Assembly: GCA_963663545.1 (NCBI GenBank)
Contig: OY760505.1
Coordinates: forward strand, 873,185-937,184
DNA length: 64,000 nucleotides
DNA from: Candidatus Delongbacteria bacterium
Lineage (GTDB): Bacteria; CAIWAD01
Direction of reading: 5' to 3'
Part shown: piece after piece, positions 63,450-64,000 of the stretch
Layout of the letters: each line of letters opens with the position of its first letter
Numbering within the stretch: the first letter of the stretch is position 1
Notes under the pieces: generated by a model
What the model was told of the DNA's origin: nothing
The model's input: the letters and a program-made list of their open reading frames with translations, nothing else
The model's database searches: none
Made by a program: the position numbers and the translations under genes

Positions 63450-64000
63450 ATGCAGTTCAACGGACGCGAGTACAAAGCTTTCGCAGGTGCTTTCAACACA
63501 CCTGAGTATACCAGCACCCTGGTGGCCCGACGCGGTGCCGCCCCCATTCCCCACCGTGGCAACAAGGTCACGACCCTGGACGCAGTCATGGAACTGATCC
63601 AGGATGGTGATACAATCAGCTACCCGCACTATTATCGCACCGGCGATCAGGGTCTGCAGATGGTGGTGGACACTCTGCGCCGTCACGGTAAGCGCGGCAT
63701 CATTCTTTACGGCAATGCCTTCTTCGACAACGCGGACCCCTGGCTGATCGACGCTTTCGCCGACGGTACGCTGGCCGGCTTGTATGGCAACCCCTACCGC
63801 ATGGTGGGTGGACGCATTCTGAAGGGTGAGATTCGCCCCTGGGTCAGCGTTGGCGTGAGTCACGGCAATCGCGTCCGCAAGCTGCAAACGGGCGAAGTGC
63901 ACGTCAAGATGGCCTTCGGTCCGGTCCCGATGGCCGACCGCTACGGCAACGCCAGTGGTTGCATGGGCAAGCCGGAACACTACTGCGGACCTCTGGGCCT
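63450..64000 (+). CDS. citF: citrate lyase alpha chain (citrate CoA-transferase), N-terminal part, truncated by window end
   Basis: My own translation from ATG 63450 gives MQFNGREYKAFAGAFNTPEY…DGDTISYPHYYRTGDQ…VRKLQTGEVHVKMAFGPVPMADRYGNASGCMGKPEHYCGPLG. It aligns with E. coli CitF: …DGMTVSFHHAFRGGD… and …[47 protein letters not shown] RBS upstream. Not in the ORF table because it has no stop in the window. Confidence 0.8.
   Translation, partial: MQFNGREYKAFAGAFNTPEYTSTLVARRGAAPIPHRGNKVTTLDAVMELIQDGDTISYPHYYRTGDQGLQMVVDTLRRHGKRGIILYGNAFFDNADPWLIDAFADGTLAGLYGNPYRMVGGRILKGEIRPWVSVGVSHGNRVRKLQTGEVHVKMAFGPVPMADRYGNASGCMGKPEHYCGPLG

Noticed and set aside
63432-63980. 182-aa minus-strand ORF at the right edge
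   Set aside because: Antisense to the plus-strand frame that translates into a clear citrate lyase alpha-subunit N-terminus with an RBS.

Overview
The window is high-GC bacterial chromosome, about 60% or more GC by eye. Two islets of lower GC interrupt it, and genes are packed tightly on both strands.

**Left end.** A conserved translation operon sits on the minus strand in E. coli-like order: thrS, infC, rpmI, rplT, then an attenuator-like hairpin, then pheS and pheT. The pheT gene is truncated at position 1. A tRNA-Val(GAC) follows.

**5.5-12.8 kb.** Three tandem paralogous genes for large secreted proteins. Each has a signal peptide, a conserved beta-helix-like core and a C-terminal T9SS (Por) sorting domain. 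Their 3' ends are near-identical at the nucleotide level. This, with the high GC, suggests a Bacteroidota/Rhodothermota/FCB-group-like organism, but that is a guess.

**12.8-14.7 kb.** A lower-GC islet carries a C5-cytosine DNA methyltransferase plus an HNH endonuclease, a putative Type II R-M system.

**15.6-19.8 kb.** A MarR regulator, lysine 2,3-aminomutase (ablA/kamA), a sodium:solute symporter and an AblB-like GNAT acetyltransferase form a putative N-epsilon-acetyl-beta-lysine osmolyte cluster.

**19.9-25.8 kb.** Housekeeping and miscellaneous genes: aldo/keto reductase, YitT, RecQ helicase and membrane proteins.

**25.85-29.0 kb.** A sharply AT-rich island holds a two-gene operon. It encodes an N-terminally membrane-anchored protein of unknown function and a class-B (B12-binding) radical SAM enzyme. 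A decayed IS4-like transposase lies next to it. This is the best candidate for a horizontally acquired, undescribed system.

**30-64 kb.** Metabolic, envelope and redox genes:
- CutC, SPFH, flavodiiron protein, hybrid histidine kinase, Fe-ADH, GH53 galactanase, AEC transporter, esterase.
- HI0933 flavoprotein, inorganic pyrophosphatase.
- A tandem pair of cytochrome bd (CydA)-like membrane proteins, the second fused to an octaheme c-type cytochrome domain.
- LPS-kinase/GT4/TSUP/MscS genes, a 1180-aa S8 subtilase, ferredoxin, PanE, YceH, HlyIII, epimerase, YgiQ radical SAM, and methyltransferases.
- The N-terminus of citrate lyase alpha (citF).

**Genome-wide signal.** The 7/8-mer YGTATCAC (reverse complement GTGATACR) occurs roughly 90-100 times in 64 kb by manual scan. 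Base composition predicts only a handful. It appears on both strands and in all reading frames, yet is nearly absent from the two low-GC islets. It looks like a host-specific genome signature such as an uptake-signal, Chi-like or modification-linked motif.
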